Source: a virus
Length of the DNA: 64,000 nt
Strand: one strand, 5' to 3'
IMG/VR virus record: IMGVR_UViG_3300020159_001521
Location: 49,681 to 113,680 of that record
Numbering within the stretch: the stretch's first letter is position 1; the number at the start of each line of letters is the position of its first letter. The translations under genes were made by a program, and so were the position numbers. The notes beneath the pieces were generated by a model that was not told the origin of the DNA, made no database searches, and saw only the letters and a list, made by a program, of their open reading frames with translations. Shown one piece after another: positions 9,909 through 19,137 of the stretch.

Positions 9909-10709
9909 ATGAAAGTAGCAACTTACACAACAACAAAGAACATATTATTGGATGCTGAAATTCCAGCACAAACACGTACATATAAACCAATTACACACAA
10001 TCAGTTGATAGACCTCACCATGGAGTCTATATATGGAGCAGGATTCACTTTGGATAAAGAACTCTATTCAGCTTCTCCTGATGGTCAAGTGGCTAATGCT
10101 AATTTCACTATTAGCAATGTAGCAGATAAAGAAATGCAATTACAGATTGGTTGGCAGAATAGCTACAATAAGACACTCAGTCTGAAGTTTGCTATTGGTG
10201 CAAGTATATTCATTTGTCAAAATGGTGCTGTACATGGTGACATGGGTTCCTTTAAGAAGAAACACATGGGTGAAGTGCAACAGTTCACTCCCTCTGCTAT
10301 TACAGAATATATCAAACAAGCTGGTGATACATTCCAGACAATGCAGAAAGAGCGTGAGGCTATGAAGCAAATTGAAATGAGCAAACGTACACAAGCTGAG
10401 CTTGTAGGTAGATTGCTTCTTGAAGAGCAATTGATTAGCACTATGCAAGTGAATCAAATTGCTGCAGAACTTAGTAAGCCTACATATGACTATGGTGCTC
10501 CAGGTAGCTTGTGGGAACTCTATCAGTTTACAACACAGACAATGAGAGAGACACATCCTAGGTTTTGGATTAATGACCACATGAAAGCTCACAATTTCTT
10601 TGTGAACGAAAGTGGCGTAATTCTTTCTGCACCTCCTCAGGTGATTAATGTGTACGAAGAGCCAGCAGACACCCCTTTGGGATTTCTTCAACTAGCAATG
10701 GAATTTTAA
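9909..10709 (+). CDS. DUF932-like phage protein
   Basis: NSYNKT...FICQNG and SLWELYQ motifs. Confidence 0.65.
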   Translation: MKVATYTTTKNILLDAEIPAQTRTYKPITHNQLIDLTMESIYGAGFTLDKELYSASPDGQVANANFTISNVADKEMQLQIGWQNSYNKTLSLKFAIGASIFICQNGAVHGDMGSFKKKHMGEVQQFTPSAITEYIKQAGDTFQTMQKEREAMKQIEMSKRTQAELVGRLLLEEQLISTMQVNQIAAELSKPTYDYGAPGSLWELYQFTTQTMRETHPRFWINDHMKAHNFFVNESGVILSAPPQVINVYEEPADTPLGFLQLAMEF

Positions 10710-10710
10710 T

Positions 10711-11427
10711 ATGATTTGGGCAAACTTTAAAGATCAGTTTCACGAGAGCTGGCACAGTAAAATGCAACCTTTTATTGAAAGTGAAGAGTGCGACAACATC
10801 TATAAGTTTCTCAAGGCAGAAGGAAAGAGGGGCAAGAAAATTGCCCCTTCTTCTTCTGTAACTTACAGATGCTTCAAAGAAACTTCTCTTGACGATCTGA
10901 AGGTGGTAATGATTGGCATGTGCCCCTATCACACTTTCTACAATGGTGTCTCTGTAGCAGATGGACTGCTTATGGGATGTAGTGTAACAGACAGGTTACA
11001 ACCTTCTCTTGAGAAGTTCTATGAAGGACTAGAAGATGAATTAAGCAATGGACTCAATCTTAAATATAAACAGCTCACTGATGTTAGCTATTTGGCTAAT
11101 CAAGGAGTGCTTATGTTTAATGCTGCGCTCACTACAGAAGTAAACAAAGCAGGAAGTCATATTGAAATATGGGAACCCTTCACTAAGTATGTAATGGAAG
11201 AAATACTATCTGTTACAGGTGTGCCCACTATATTCCTTGGTAAAGATGCTGCTAAGTATGAGAAATACACAAATCCATTTGCTTGGAACTTTGTGTTAAG
11301 TCATCCAGCCTCAGCAGCGTACAAGCAGTCTAGTTGGGACACAGAAGGAACATTTACAAAGGTGAATAAGATACTCAAGGAAAACAATGGTTATGAAATC
11401 ATGTGGCTCTACAATGTGCCATTCTAA
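10711..11427 (+). CDS. ung: uracil-DNA glycosylase family 1
   Basis: KVVMIGMCPY (variant of GQDPY), QGVLMFNAALT, SHPAS. Confidence 0.85.
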   Translation: MIWANFKDQFHESWHSKMQPFIESEECDNIYKFLKAEGKRGKKIAPSSSVTYRCFKETSLDDLKVVMIGMCPYHTFYNGVSVADGLLMGCSVTDRLQPSLEKFYEGLEDELSNGLNLKYKQLTDVSYLANQGVLMFNAALTTEVNKAGSHIEIWEPFTKYVMEEILSVTGVPTIFLGKDAAKYEKYTNPFAWNFVLSHPASAAYKQSSWDTEGTFTKVNKILKENNGYEIMWLYNVPF

Positions 11428-11439
11428 AATCGAAAAACA

Positions 11440-11757
11440 ATGAAACTAAGATTTGGTGGTAGCTTACAAATAGGAGATCCTATTTTTATTAGTTATGGAA
11501 GCAGTGTAGACTTTGGACTATTTGCAGGATATGGAAAAGGAACTATACAATTTTATACTCCCACTGGTATAATATACCAATACGAAAACGCAATAGGAAA
11601 AGACAAAAAACCAAAGTTCTGGAAAGCATACATACATGGACAGAATATAGAATATAGAGTGGTGAAGGTGAATCCAGAAGTGCTATACAATCGTGAAGAC
11701 ATAGAAAACTACGAGAAAGCAATTGCAATTTTAAAACAAGAAAACATAATCAAATGA
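11440..11757 (+). CDS. hypothetical protein
   Basis: ORF in the operon. Confidence 0.65.
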   Translation: MKLRFGGSLQIGDPIFISYGSSVDFGLFAGYGKGTIQFYTPTGIIYQYENAIGKDKKPKFWKAYIHGQNIEYRVVKVNPEVLYNREDIENYEKAIAILKQENIIK

Positions 11758-14051
11758 TCTTAGAAAAACAAAAAGAGTCAGTTGTTCTACAAGAAGGAGA
11801 ACAAACACAGGAATCAATTGGAATGTCCTTAGACTTAGATTCTGCACAGATATTGATGCAGATGTTAAGTAAGAACTTATATTCAGATGCAATAGGTTCT
11901 ACAATTCGTGAGTGTGCTAGTAATGCTCTTGACAGTCACAGAAGAGCTGGTATAAAGGAAGCTATTGTTGTTTCCTTTGGATATACAAACAATAACACTT
12001 ATGAATTCACTGTAGAAGATTTTGGTATTGGTCTGGATGCAGACGATGTTAAAAACATCATCAGTAAATATGGTAAGAGTACAAAGCGTAATTCAGCTAA
12101 TGAGCTGGGTATGATGGGCTTGGGCTTCAAGGCTCCTCTTGCATATTGCTCAAGCTTCTATTTCGTTGCTCGTAAGAACGGAATTGAGCGTAAATATATG
12201 ATGTACGAAGGAGAAGATGTAAACACAATTGATTTGCTTTACGAAACTCCTACAGATGAGAGAAATGGTGTTAAGGTGATTGTTCCTGTTAAATCTGGTG
12301 ACAAGTGGTCTTTTACATCAAAGATTAAAGAGCAGCTTGCGTATTTTGAGGATGTTTATTTTAATGTAGATGGTGTAGATAATAATTTCACTATACACAG
12401 ACATGAGCACTTCCAGTTTTCTCCACTTGCTTCTGATAGCAGTTTGCACATCTGTTTAGATAATGTCTACTATCCTATTGATTTTCAGAAGATTGGCATT
12501 AATAATGTACAAATGCCTATAGCTCTTAAGTTTGGTTTGTCAGATGCAATATTCCCTACACCAAACAGAGAATCTATTCGCTATACACAAGAAGCAAAAG
12601 CAGCTATTCTTGACAAGATTCAAAAGGTGGCTAACTACTTTGTAGAGAAGTATAATGAATCTATACAAGAGTCAGAAGACATTAAGCAAATAATGGAGTA
12701 TTATGGTGATAGCGAAAGAGCTGTTAAGTTTGGTAGTTCTAAATGGAACATCAGTCCTCTGAAACAGTTTTCTACAATATCTTTTGCCACTCCTAAATAC
12801 AAACATTCTGATAATGTTGACTTTGAAAGGTTGTGGAAAATGAAAGATCAGTTGTTTGGTGAGTATTCTCTCAAGTATAGCGTGCATTCAGGAAGGATGT
12901 ATTCTGAAGAAAACAACAGATGGAATAACTTGAGCTGGTTCAATGTATTTGGTAATGACTGGAATAAGTGTATTATGATGGTGTATTCTGAGAAACTCAA
13001 AGGGTTGACAAAGGATTACATCAGAAGCACTTACGGTAGACAAAGAGTGAAGATTGTCAAGAAGGAAAAACAATTTGTTCTTGGTAAAATGAAAAGTGCT
13101 GGTAATGGCAATTTTGATAATTACATTAATCTTCTCAGACTAGACAAGTATCCAAAGAGTGAATGGAGAATCAGGATTAAGGACTTTCAGCTTGTTGTAA
13201 ATAAGCTCACTGAGAGTTTTATTAATCTAGATGAACTTGTTGTTCCTCAAACCTTTATTGACGCTAGGAAAAAGCAGAGAGTGAAAGCAATTGCTGCTTC
13301 ACCAAAGCGTAAGAAGCTTGAAGGAGAAATCAATGTTAAACTACTTTCTCCTCTGGAGAGGTTTGTTTATGGTAAGAACTCTAAGCTTGTTCCCACCATC
13401 ATCAATCTTGCAGATGCACATAAGCAACCATCACTAACTGTGTTTGGTAAGCAGGAACATGCAGATCTGATGGACAAATGGTTTGCTGTATTCCCTAGGC
13501 ACATTAAGTTTATTGTACTGTCTGAAAGAGAACTGAAAGCAATTAAGGATGTAAAAATTAGAAACTGGATTAGTATGGAAGAATTCATGGAAGGTGAACA
13601 CATTGTGTTCAGAAGAGCAGCCACTGCATATCTTATACAGAAGCTTATGAATGATTATGAGTATGTGTTCGTCACTAATTTAAGTGATGTATCTATTGAC
13701 CTCAATAACAAACTCAATGATCTGAAAAACTATAAGAAAAAGTATAGGCTTGATGGTGAAAACAAGTTGTATGACGAGATAATTTCTATCGCACAAGAGA
13801 AGAATTTATTTGACAATTCCATCTATTCTTCGTATCTTAACATGAAAGATTTCTTAGACAGGAATCGTTACATCAATAGTTTCTTGAGGCACATAGGTCG
13901 TTACAATGGATTGGCTAAGACGGAAAAAGAAATGCTTTGTGACCTTATGAAATATCATAAACAAAAGCTTAATTGGCAGAATTATAAACTTAATGAAGAG
14001 AAACTTGAAGTTCCTACAGAGGAAACAATTGAATCTCTTGTAACATCTTAG
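11754..14051 (+). CDS. rIIA: rIIA-like protein (N-terminal GHKL ATPase)
   Basis: NLYSD...IRECASNALDS, DFGIGL, GMMGLGFK, PNRESI motifs. Confidence 0.85.
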   Translation: MILEKQKESVVLQEGEQTQESIGMSLDLDSAQILMQMLSKNLYSDAIGSTIRECASNALDSHRRAGIKEAIVVSFGYTNNNTYEFTVEDFGIGLDADDVKNIISKYGKSTKRNSANELGMMGLGFKAPLAYCSSFYFVARKNGIERKYMMYEGEDVNTIDLLYETPTDERNGVKVIVPVKSGDKWSFTSKIKEQLAYFEDVYFNVDGVDNNFTIHRHEHFQFSPLASDSSLHICLDNVYYPIDFQKIGINNVQMPIALKFGLSDAIFPTPNRESIRYTQEAKAAILDKIQKVANYFVEKYNESIQESEDIKQIMEYYGDSERAVKFGSSKWNISPLKQFSTISFATPKYKHSDNVDFERLWKMKDQLFGEYSLKYSVHSGRMYSEENNRWNNLSWFNVFGNDWNKCIMMVYSEKLKGLTKDYIRSTYGRQRVKIVKKEKQFVLGKMKSAGNGNFDNYINLLRLDKYPKSEWRIRIKDFQLVVNKLTESFINLDELVVPQTFIDARKKQRVKAIAASPKRKKLEGEINVKLLSPLERFVYGKNSKLVPTIINLADAHKQPSLTVFGKQEHADLMDKWFAVFPRHIKFIVLSERELKAIKDVKIRNWISMEEFMEGEHIVFRRAATAYLIQKLMNDYEYVFVTNLSDVSIDLNNKLNDLKNYKKKYRLDGENKLYDEIISIAQEKNLFDNSIYSSYLNMKDFLDRNRYINSFLRHIGRYNGLAKTEKEMLCDLMKYHKQKLNWQNYKLNEEKLEVPTEETIESLVTS

Positions 14052-14053
14052 TT

Positions 14054-14245
14054 ATGACATTGATTATTTATTTAATAGTTGGGCTCCTGTATTGGGGGCT
14101 CAACTCTTTTGTTAGGAAATTGGAAACTGATGGTGATTGGTTGCTACCCATTGTATGGTTTTTAGCATGGCCCATTGGATTTATATCTTGGTCTTTCGTA
14201 TTTATGGACTATTTATTAAGCAAACAACGTAAGAAACACTTTTAA
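14054..14245 (+). CDS. small membrane protein between rIIA and rIIB
   Basis: Two hydrophobic segments, WFLAWP motif. Confidence 0.55.
   Translation: MTLIIYLIVGLLYWGLNSFVRKLETDGDWLLPIVWFLAWPIGFISWSFVFMDYLLSKQRKKHF
14077..14110 (+). terminator. terminator-like hairpin inside the small membrane ORF
   Basis: AGTTGGGCTCCT-gtatt-GGGGGCTCAACT followed by CTTTTGTT. Confidence 0.45.
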
Positions 14246-14256
14246 AAAACAAAACT

Positions 14257-15717
14257 ATGAGTAATTTCACACTTAACTGGTTTAAAAGACAAGCAGAACT
14301 AGAAAACCTCATCATCGAAGAACAAAGACTGAAGAACGAGATTCTTCGTACACAAGCTGGATTTACAACATCCATTGAAACAACACAAATCAATTATGGC
14401 AATCCTTACAAAGCTGTAAAGTTTGTAAACGGTGTAATAGTTGTTGTTATGCATGACGGTACAATCCTTACAAAGAATGGTGCTACAGAAGCTGATTTCA
14501 ATATAGTGACAAATGCTAAACTGGAATCAACAATATATGATGTTATGGGCTCTTCAGATATCAAAGCTGAAAAGGCTAAACATGATGCAGAAGTGGCAAG
14601 ACTTAAATCTCTTCAGGAAGGAATCAAGAAACTAGAAGGATTAGATGATTTTGAGATAGAAGGTAACTCTGTAAAGCTGGCTGGTACAGGCAGAACTATG
14701 CCTCAGCTCCTTGTTGAGAAGTTCATTGAGATTGTAGATCATTATGATGGAGATCCATATAATAATGTACAAGACGATGAAGAGTATCAAGCTCTTAAGA
14801 GATTCTTCATGTGGTGCTGCCTCAATCCTAGGGCTGAGGTTGCAAATGACCTTTATGATTTCCTTACGAAGAACAGCTTCAGGATTACCAAACAAGGTTT
14901 CTTTGCTGCTCTTAGGAATGTTGTTACATTACATGGAAGTAATAAACTTGTACAGTTTGTAAGCAATGTGTACACTAAGATGAAAGCTGTATGGAAGAAG
15001 AGTCCAAACAACTATGAAGTGTATCTGAAGGATGGTGAATATTCATTCATACACATTGACGACACAGTTACCACTGAAATCGTAGAAGGTGAAGAATGGT
15101 ATGATGAAGACCTTGAAGAGTATGTACAAGAAGAAGATGGAGAAGCGGAAGTGATGAGAACAGACCTTGGTGAGCACATTGGTAATCTTACAGAACTCTA
15201 TCTTGATTTGCCTAACAGACATGAGAACAGGTTTACAGATGAGTACACACGTACATTTGACATTCGTATTGGTCAAGTGGTGAACATGCCTCCAAATGAG
15301 TGTAGCTGGTCTACAGCTGATTGTGCTCATGCAGGATTACATTTCACTTCTGACGAGATTCATTATGTAGGATGTGGTGACCAGTCTGTTCTTGTACTCA
15401 TCAATCCTATGAAGGTGGTGGGTATTGGTGCACAAAAGGGTAGGTGTTATGAATATCTTCCTATTATGACTGTCAGCCGTGATGAGGCTACAGAACTTCT
15501 GCATGACCTGAATTTCAGCACTCTTGAGATTGACGATGCTTACGCAATTCGTGAATTGGAAAATCTTGCTGAGAAGGCTAAAGAAGGATTTGTGATAGAA
15601 ACTAAGAAGTATGAGTTCAATGTTCCTCAAATGAGTTCTCAAGACCTTGAGAATATTGTAGAATCATTGGAAGAAATGCGTAGCACTTTGTCCAGTCGTA
15701 TATCCATTATTGATTAA
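14257..15717 (+). CDS. rIIB: rIIB-like protein
   Basis: LNP..EV..DLYDFL, ITKQGFF, CAHAGLH, VLINP..VV, KGRCYEY motifs; follows rIIA. Confidence 0.8.
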   Translation: MSNFTLNWFKRQAELENLIIEEQRLKNEILRTQAGFTTSIETTQINYGNPYKAVKFVNGVIVVVMHDGTILTKNGATEADFNIVTNAKLESTIYDVMGSSDIKAEKAKHDAEVARLKSLQEGIKKLEGLDDFEIEGNSVKLAGTGRTMPQLLVEKFIEIVDHYDGDPYNNVQDDEEYQALKRFFMWCCLNPRAEVANDLYDFLTKNSFRITKQGFFAALRNVVTLHGSNKLVQFVSNVYTKMKAVWKKSPNNYEVYLKDGEYSFIHIDDTVTTEIVEGEEWYDEDLEEYVQEEDGEAEVMRTDLGEHIGNLTELYLDLPNRHENRFTDEYTRTFDIRIGQVVNMPPNECSWSTADCAHAGLHFTSDEIHYVGCGDQSVLVLINPMKVVGIGAQKGRCYEYLPIMTVSRDEATELLHDLNFSTLEIDDAYAIRELENLAEKAKEGFVIETKKYEFNVPQMSSQDLENIVESLEEMRSTLSSRISIID

Positions 15718-15725
15718 TGTATAAT

Positions 15726-15770
15726 ATAGGGGTTGTCACATTTATTTTCTATATTTGTGACAGCCTCTAT
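15726..15770 (+). promoter_or_regulatory. inverted repeat enclosing the -7 promoter element TATATTTG (15750-15757)
   Basis: ATAGGGGTTGTCACA ... TGTGACAGCCTCTAT, a 15-bp stem with two G-U pairs. Confidence 0.65.
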
Positions 15771-15787
15771 TATATAACTAATTGATT

Positions 15788-16174
15788 ATGAAGAAGAAAG
15801 CAGCAAAACCGAGAGTAGCGAAAACAAGAAACGCAGGCACAATGAGCGAGAGTGCCTTCTGGAGTTTTATACGAAGTGCTCTAAGACAGAAGAGCAGATG
15901 GTGGAAGCCTATTACACAATGTAAACTGAATGCCAAGAGACCGTATAAAGGTCCTCTCAAAAGGCAAAAGTTTGAATATCAATGTAATAGCTGTAAGAAA
16001 TGGTTTCCAGATAAGAACATTAATGTTGACCATGTAGTTCCAGCAGGCTCCTTGAATTGTGCTGCAGATCTCCCAGGTTTTGTTGAACGTTTATTTTGTG
16101 AAATAGACAACCTGCAAATATTATGTAGCGGTTGTCATGATGCTAAAACTAAAAAAGAAAGAAATGCAAATTGA
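15788..16174 (+). CDS. HNH endonuclease
   Basis: CNSC...VDHVVP...NLQILCSGCH. Confidence 0.85.
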   Translation: MKKKAAKPRVAKTRNAGTMSESAFWSFIRSALRQKSRWWKPITQCKLNAKRPYKGPLKRQKFEYQCNSCKKWFPDKNINVDHVVPAGSLNCAADLPGFVERLFCEIDNLQILCSGCHDAKTKKERNAN

Positions 16175-16409
16175 AATTAAGAAGCTTTACAAAGGAATGG
16201 TAGAAGTTCGTGATTACACTGTAGAAGAGTGTATAAAAAAGGGACATGCTTTAAGGATTAAGTTTGATGGAGAAGTGATGATACTCACACCTCATGAAAT
16301 GGAAAACAATATTAAGAGTAAATCTAAGCCTATTAAAAGCAGGTTTCACGATGGTTCAAGTTACATATTGTATGGATATAAGTGGAATCCTAATGAAATC
16401 TCTTACTAA
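16164..16409 (+). CDS. hypothetical protein
   Basis: ORF in the operon; ATG at 16164. Confidence 0.6.
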   Translation: MQIEIKKLYKGMVEVRDYTVEECIKKGHALRIKFDGEVMILTPHEMENNIKSKSKPIKSRFHDGSSYILYGYKWNPNEISY

Positions 16410-16672
16410 TGGAACAGATGACTATTAACATAAACAGAAACCCCTCTTGTACAGAAGTTTGGTATGAAGGATCTGTTGAACACAACGATGAGTTTCATAG
16501 ATTTTGGTTAGTTGACCCACAAGGTTCTGATTACGAACTAGAGGTGAGATGGTTTAATAAATCTGTACCAAGAGAAGTGAGAGCTATGTATGTTGAGATT
16601 ATAAACACGTTTAAACAAATACAAGATGATAGGAGGAAAAACCAAGACAGAAACAACTTACAGAGCTATTAA
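16409..16672 (+). CDS. hypothetical protein
   Basis: TAATG coupling with the previous gene. Confidence 0.65.
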   Translation: MEQMTININRNPSCTEVWYEGSVEHNDEFHRFWLVDPQGSDYELEVRWFNKSVPREVRAMYVEIINTFKQIQDDRRKNQDRNNLQSY

Positions 16673-17669
16673 TCTAGATAGTTCTAGTTCATTGAAAGAG
16701 TTTTCAATGGACAGGAAGAAGTATTATAAGAAATATATTCTAGGAGAGAAGCCTGAAGAAAAGGATACACAAGCCTCCATAACAGGTAGAGTGGTAGAAA
16801 CACTGCTATTAGAGCCTGAAGAGTTTGATGTAAGGTTTTATATGTCTGCTTGTATGACAGCTCCTACAGGGCTAATGATGGCCTTTGTAGATGCATTGTA
16901 TAAATTCACTGCAGAAGCAACTGACGAAGATGGAAACATAAGCAGAGCGTTTGAAGACATTGCAAAAGATGCATATGTTGAATCAGGGTTTAAGATTAAG
17001 TTCGATGCTGTAATATCTAAGTTTGTTGGAAGTGACGCAGAGCTTTATTACAATGAGATGCGTACAGTGAAATCAAAGGGATTGACAGTGATTACAACAG
17101 AGGATGTTACAAATGCTGAGAAGATTGTACAAGAGCTCAAAACAAATAGCTTTACAGCAGATGTTGTAAATCTTGTTAACAGTGCTAGATGGACAGTGTA
17201 CAATCAAATGCAAGTTGAAGGATATGTTGTAGGTGGACTGAAGTTCAAGAGCATGATGGACAAGGTGGTTATAGACCATGACAAGAAAACTATACAAGTG
17301 TATGACCTGAAATGTGTTTGGGCTGTAGAGAACTTCTATGAAGAATACTATCTCTACCGTAGAGCATACATTCAAGCCTATTTGTATTGGAGAGCTTGTT
17401 CAGAAGTTCAGAAACAGATGGAACTTGATGGTTATAAGGTGGAATATCCAAAGTTTATTGTTTGTGATAGCACCAACTATTACAGTCCGCTCATCTACCA
17501 ACTGTCAGGAGAAGACATTCTTGATGCATTTGAAGGATTTGAGCATAAAGGAAAAAACTATCCAGGTGTACAAGAATTGATTCAAGACTTGACATGGGCT
17601 GTAGAGAATGACAGGTGGAATGTATCAAGGAAGAATCATGTTTCCAATGGACTTGTAAACCTAAAATAG
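16626..17669 (+). CDS. PD-(D/E)xK exonuclease (RecE/ExoVIII-like)
   Basis: SSSSLK, G..V..LLLEPEEF, KSMMDKV...YDLK, Y..QAYLY motifs. Confidence 0.8.
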   Translation: MIGGKTKTETTYRAINLDSSSSLKEFSMDRKKYYKKYILGEKPEEKDTQASITGRVVETLLLEPEEFDVRFYMSACMTAPTGLMMAFVDALYKFTAEATDEDGNISRAFEDIAKDAYVESGFKIKFDAVISKFVGSDAELYYNEMRTVKSKGLTVITTEDVTNAEKIVQELKTNSFTADVVNLVNSARWTVYNQMQVEGYVVGGLKFKSMMDKVVIDHDKKTIQVYDLKCVWAVENFYEEYYLYRRAYIQAYLYWRACSEVQKQMELDGYKVEYPKFIVCDSTNYYSPLIYQLSGEDILDAFEGFEHKGKNYPGVQELIQDLTWAVENDRWNVSRKNHVSNGLVNLK

Positions 17670-17673
17670 ATGT

Positions 17674-18225
17674 ATGGAGTTAAAAAAGACAATAACAACA
17701 ATATTCATTGTACCTACATTAGGTATTGATAGAGAAAGGCTTAGAGACAATGGATTTATAAATGCCTTCATAAAGGATGGTGCAAAGGATGTACAGTATG
17801 AAAATTCTGTATATTTGCTATTCAATCCAAAGCATCCAGACAAGTTCAAATTGTTTCTCGATGATGAGTATGAGAGAACTAAGTCTGTATTGGATGATTA
17901 TGATTATGAAGATGGATTTATAGTGGTTGTCTATCAACTTAACCCAAAGTTTAAAAAAGACTTTGGGTTAATTAAAATGGGTAGGTATTCCAAAACCTCT
18001 CCAGAGTTCCAGAAGTTGTTTCCTAAGATAGTGAAGATTGTTAGGAACGGATTGCATAAAGATGAGATATCTTTGCAATACAGAGTGTTTAACAAGACAG
18101 AAGATCTTAAGAAGTATTGGGAAGATAAGATTGGTGTGGAGTTTGATGACAAGATGGAAGTTTGGCAAGGATGGGATGAGAATTTTGAGACACTTAACAT
18201 TCAAAAAGTTAAAGAAAATGTATAA
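17674..18225 (+). CDS. conserved crAss-like hypothetical protein
   Basis: 183-aa ORF with GRYSK motif following the exonuclease. Confidence 0.7.
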   Translation: MELKKTITTIFIVPTLGIDRERLRDNGFINAFIKDGAKDVQYENSVYLLFNPKHPDKFKLFLDDEYERTKSVLDDYDYEDGFIVVVYQLNPKFKKDFGLIKMGRYSKTSPEFQKLFPKIVKIVRNGLHKDEISLQYRVFNKTEDLKKYWEDKIGVEFDDKMEVWQGWDENFETLNIQKVKENV

Positions 18226-18439
18226 CGAAGACTTTGTACAGAAGATTATTTCAGAAAGAGGCAGAGAAGCAGCTCTTATTTATTGTGAATTAGAAGCAGA
18301 TAGGAACGATTTGATTGTAAGAGAGTATAAATACATGAAAACTCTTCCTTATGATCAGTATATGAACTGTGATTACGAAAGAACCTGGTGGAAATCTCGT
18401 GCTGAAAAACTTAAAAACCAATTAGAAAATGAACATTGA
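18218..18439 (+). CDS. hypothetical protein
   Basis: ATG at 18218 overlaps the previous stop. Confidence 0.6.
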   Translation: MYNEDFVQKIISERGREAALIYCELEADRNDLIVREYKYMKTLPYDQYMNCDYERTWWKSRAEKLKNQLENEH

Positions 18440-18821
18440 TCTATTAGAAGCCTATCCTATTGCCTCTGAAGCAATCAGAGTTTATTATTTAGAAATTCTT
18501 CTATCTACACTAAATGACAAAAATCTTCCTGAAGACTTCAAAGCTCATGTTAGAGAAAAGGGTGTGTCTAATGCAGATATTGTAAATGTCTACAAGAACT
18601 CTCCAAGACAGCTTATGGATGTTTTTGATGTCAACGGTGTGTATATTGAAATCCTCCTTAAAATGGATGATGGAAATGTACTGTTTGGCTGGAGGATTCT
18701 TCCTAGAGACGAGGATTTTATTGATATTCAATGGAGTGGTGATAGAAAGGAAGTGGAAAGATATGCTATAGCAGACGCTTTTAAACTACTAAATGATAAA
18801 TTATGCCCGACAAAATCGTAG
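18429..18821 (+). CDS. hypothetical protein
   Basis: ORF in the operon. Confidence 0.65.
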   Translation: MNIDLLEAYPIASEAIRVYYLEILLSTLNDKNLPEDFKAHVREKGVSNADIVNVYKNSPRQLMDVFDVNGVYIEILLKMDDGNVLFGWRILPRDEDFIDIQWSGDRKEVERYAIADAFKLLNDKLCPTKS

Positions 18822-19054
18822 AACAAGTTATTGCTAAGTTCCAAAAAAGAAGCGAAACAGGTTGTAGAAAGTATGGAACAACTCTCCATGCGAATAATAA
18901 AGACAACTACCTATTGCATCTTCAGGAGGAACTAATGGATGGTTGTAACTATCTTGAGAAGTTAATGACACAGAATCAAGAGATAATTGATTTAGTTAAA
19001 ACCACTCCAAATAACTACGATCTTGGAGAGAAAATAAGAAAATTGGTTAGCTAG
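18803..19054 (+). CDS. small all-alpha phage protein (possible nucleotide pyrophosphohydrolase fold)
   Basis: KYGTTL...HLQEELMD..Y motif common in phage nucleotide-metabolism regions. Confidence 0.55.
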   Translation: MPDKIVEQVIAKFQKRSETGCRKYGTTLHANNKDNYLLHLQEELMDGCNYLEKLMTQNQEIIDLVKTTPNNYDLGEKIRKLVS

Positions 19055-19082
19055 AATTTTAATAATGTGTTGGTTTATAACA

Positions 19083-19116
19083 ATGGGGACTGTATATTTG
19101 CAGTCCTCATTTTTTT
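19083..19116 (+). terminator. terminator hairpin containing the -7 element TATATTTG (19093-19100)
   Basis: ATGGGGACTGTA-TATT-TGCAGTCCTCAT followed by a T-run. Confidence 0.75.
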
Positions 19117-19137
19117 AACCAAAATAAACAGAAATTT

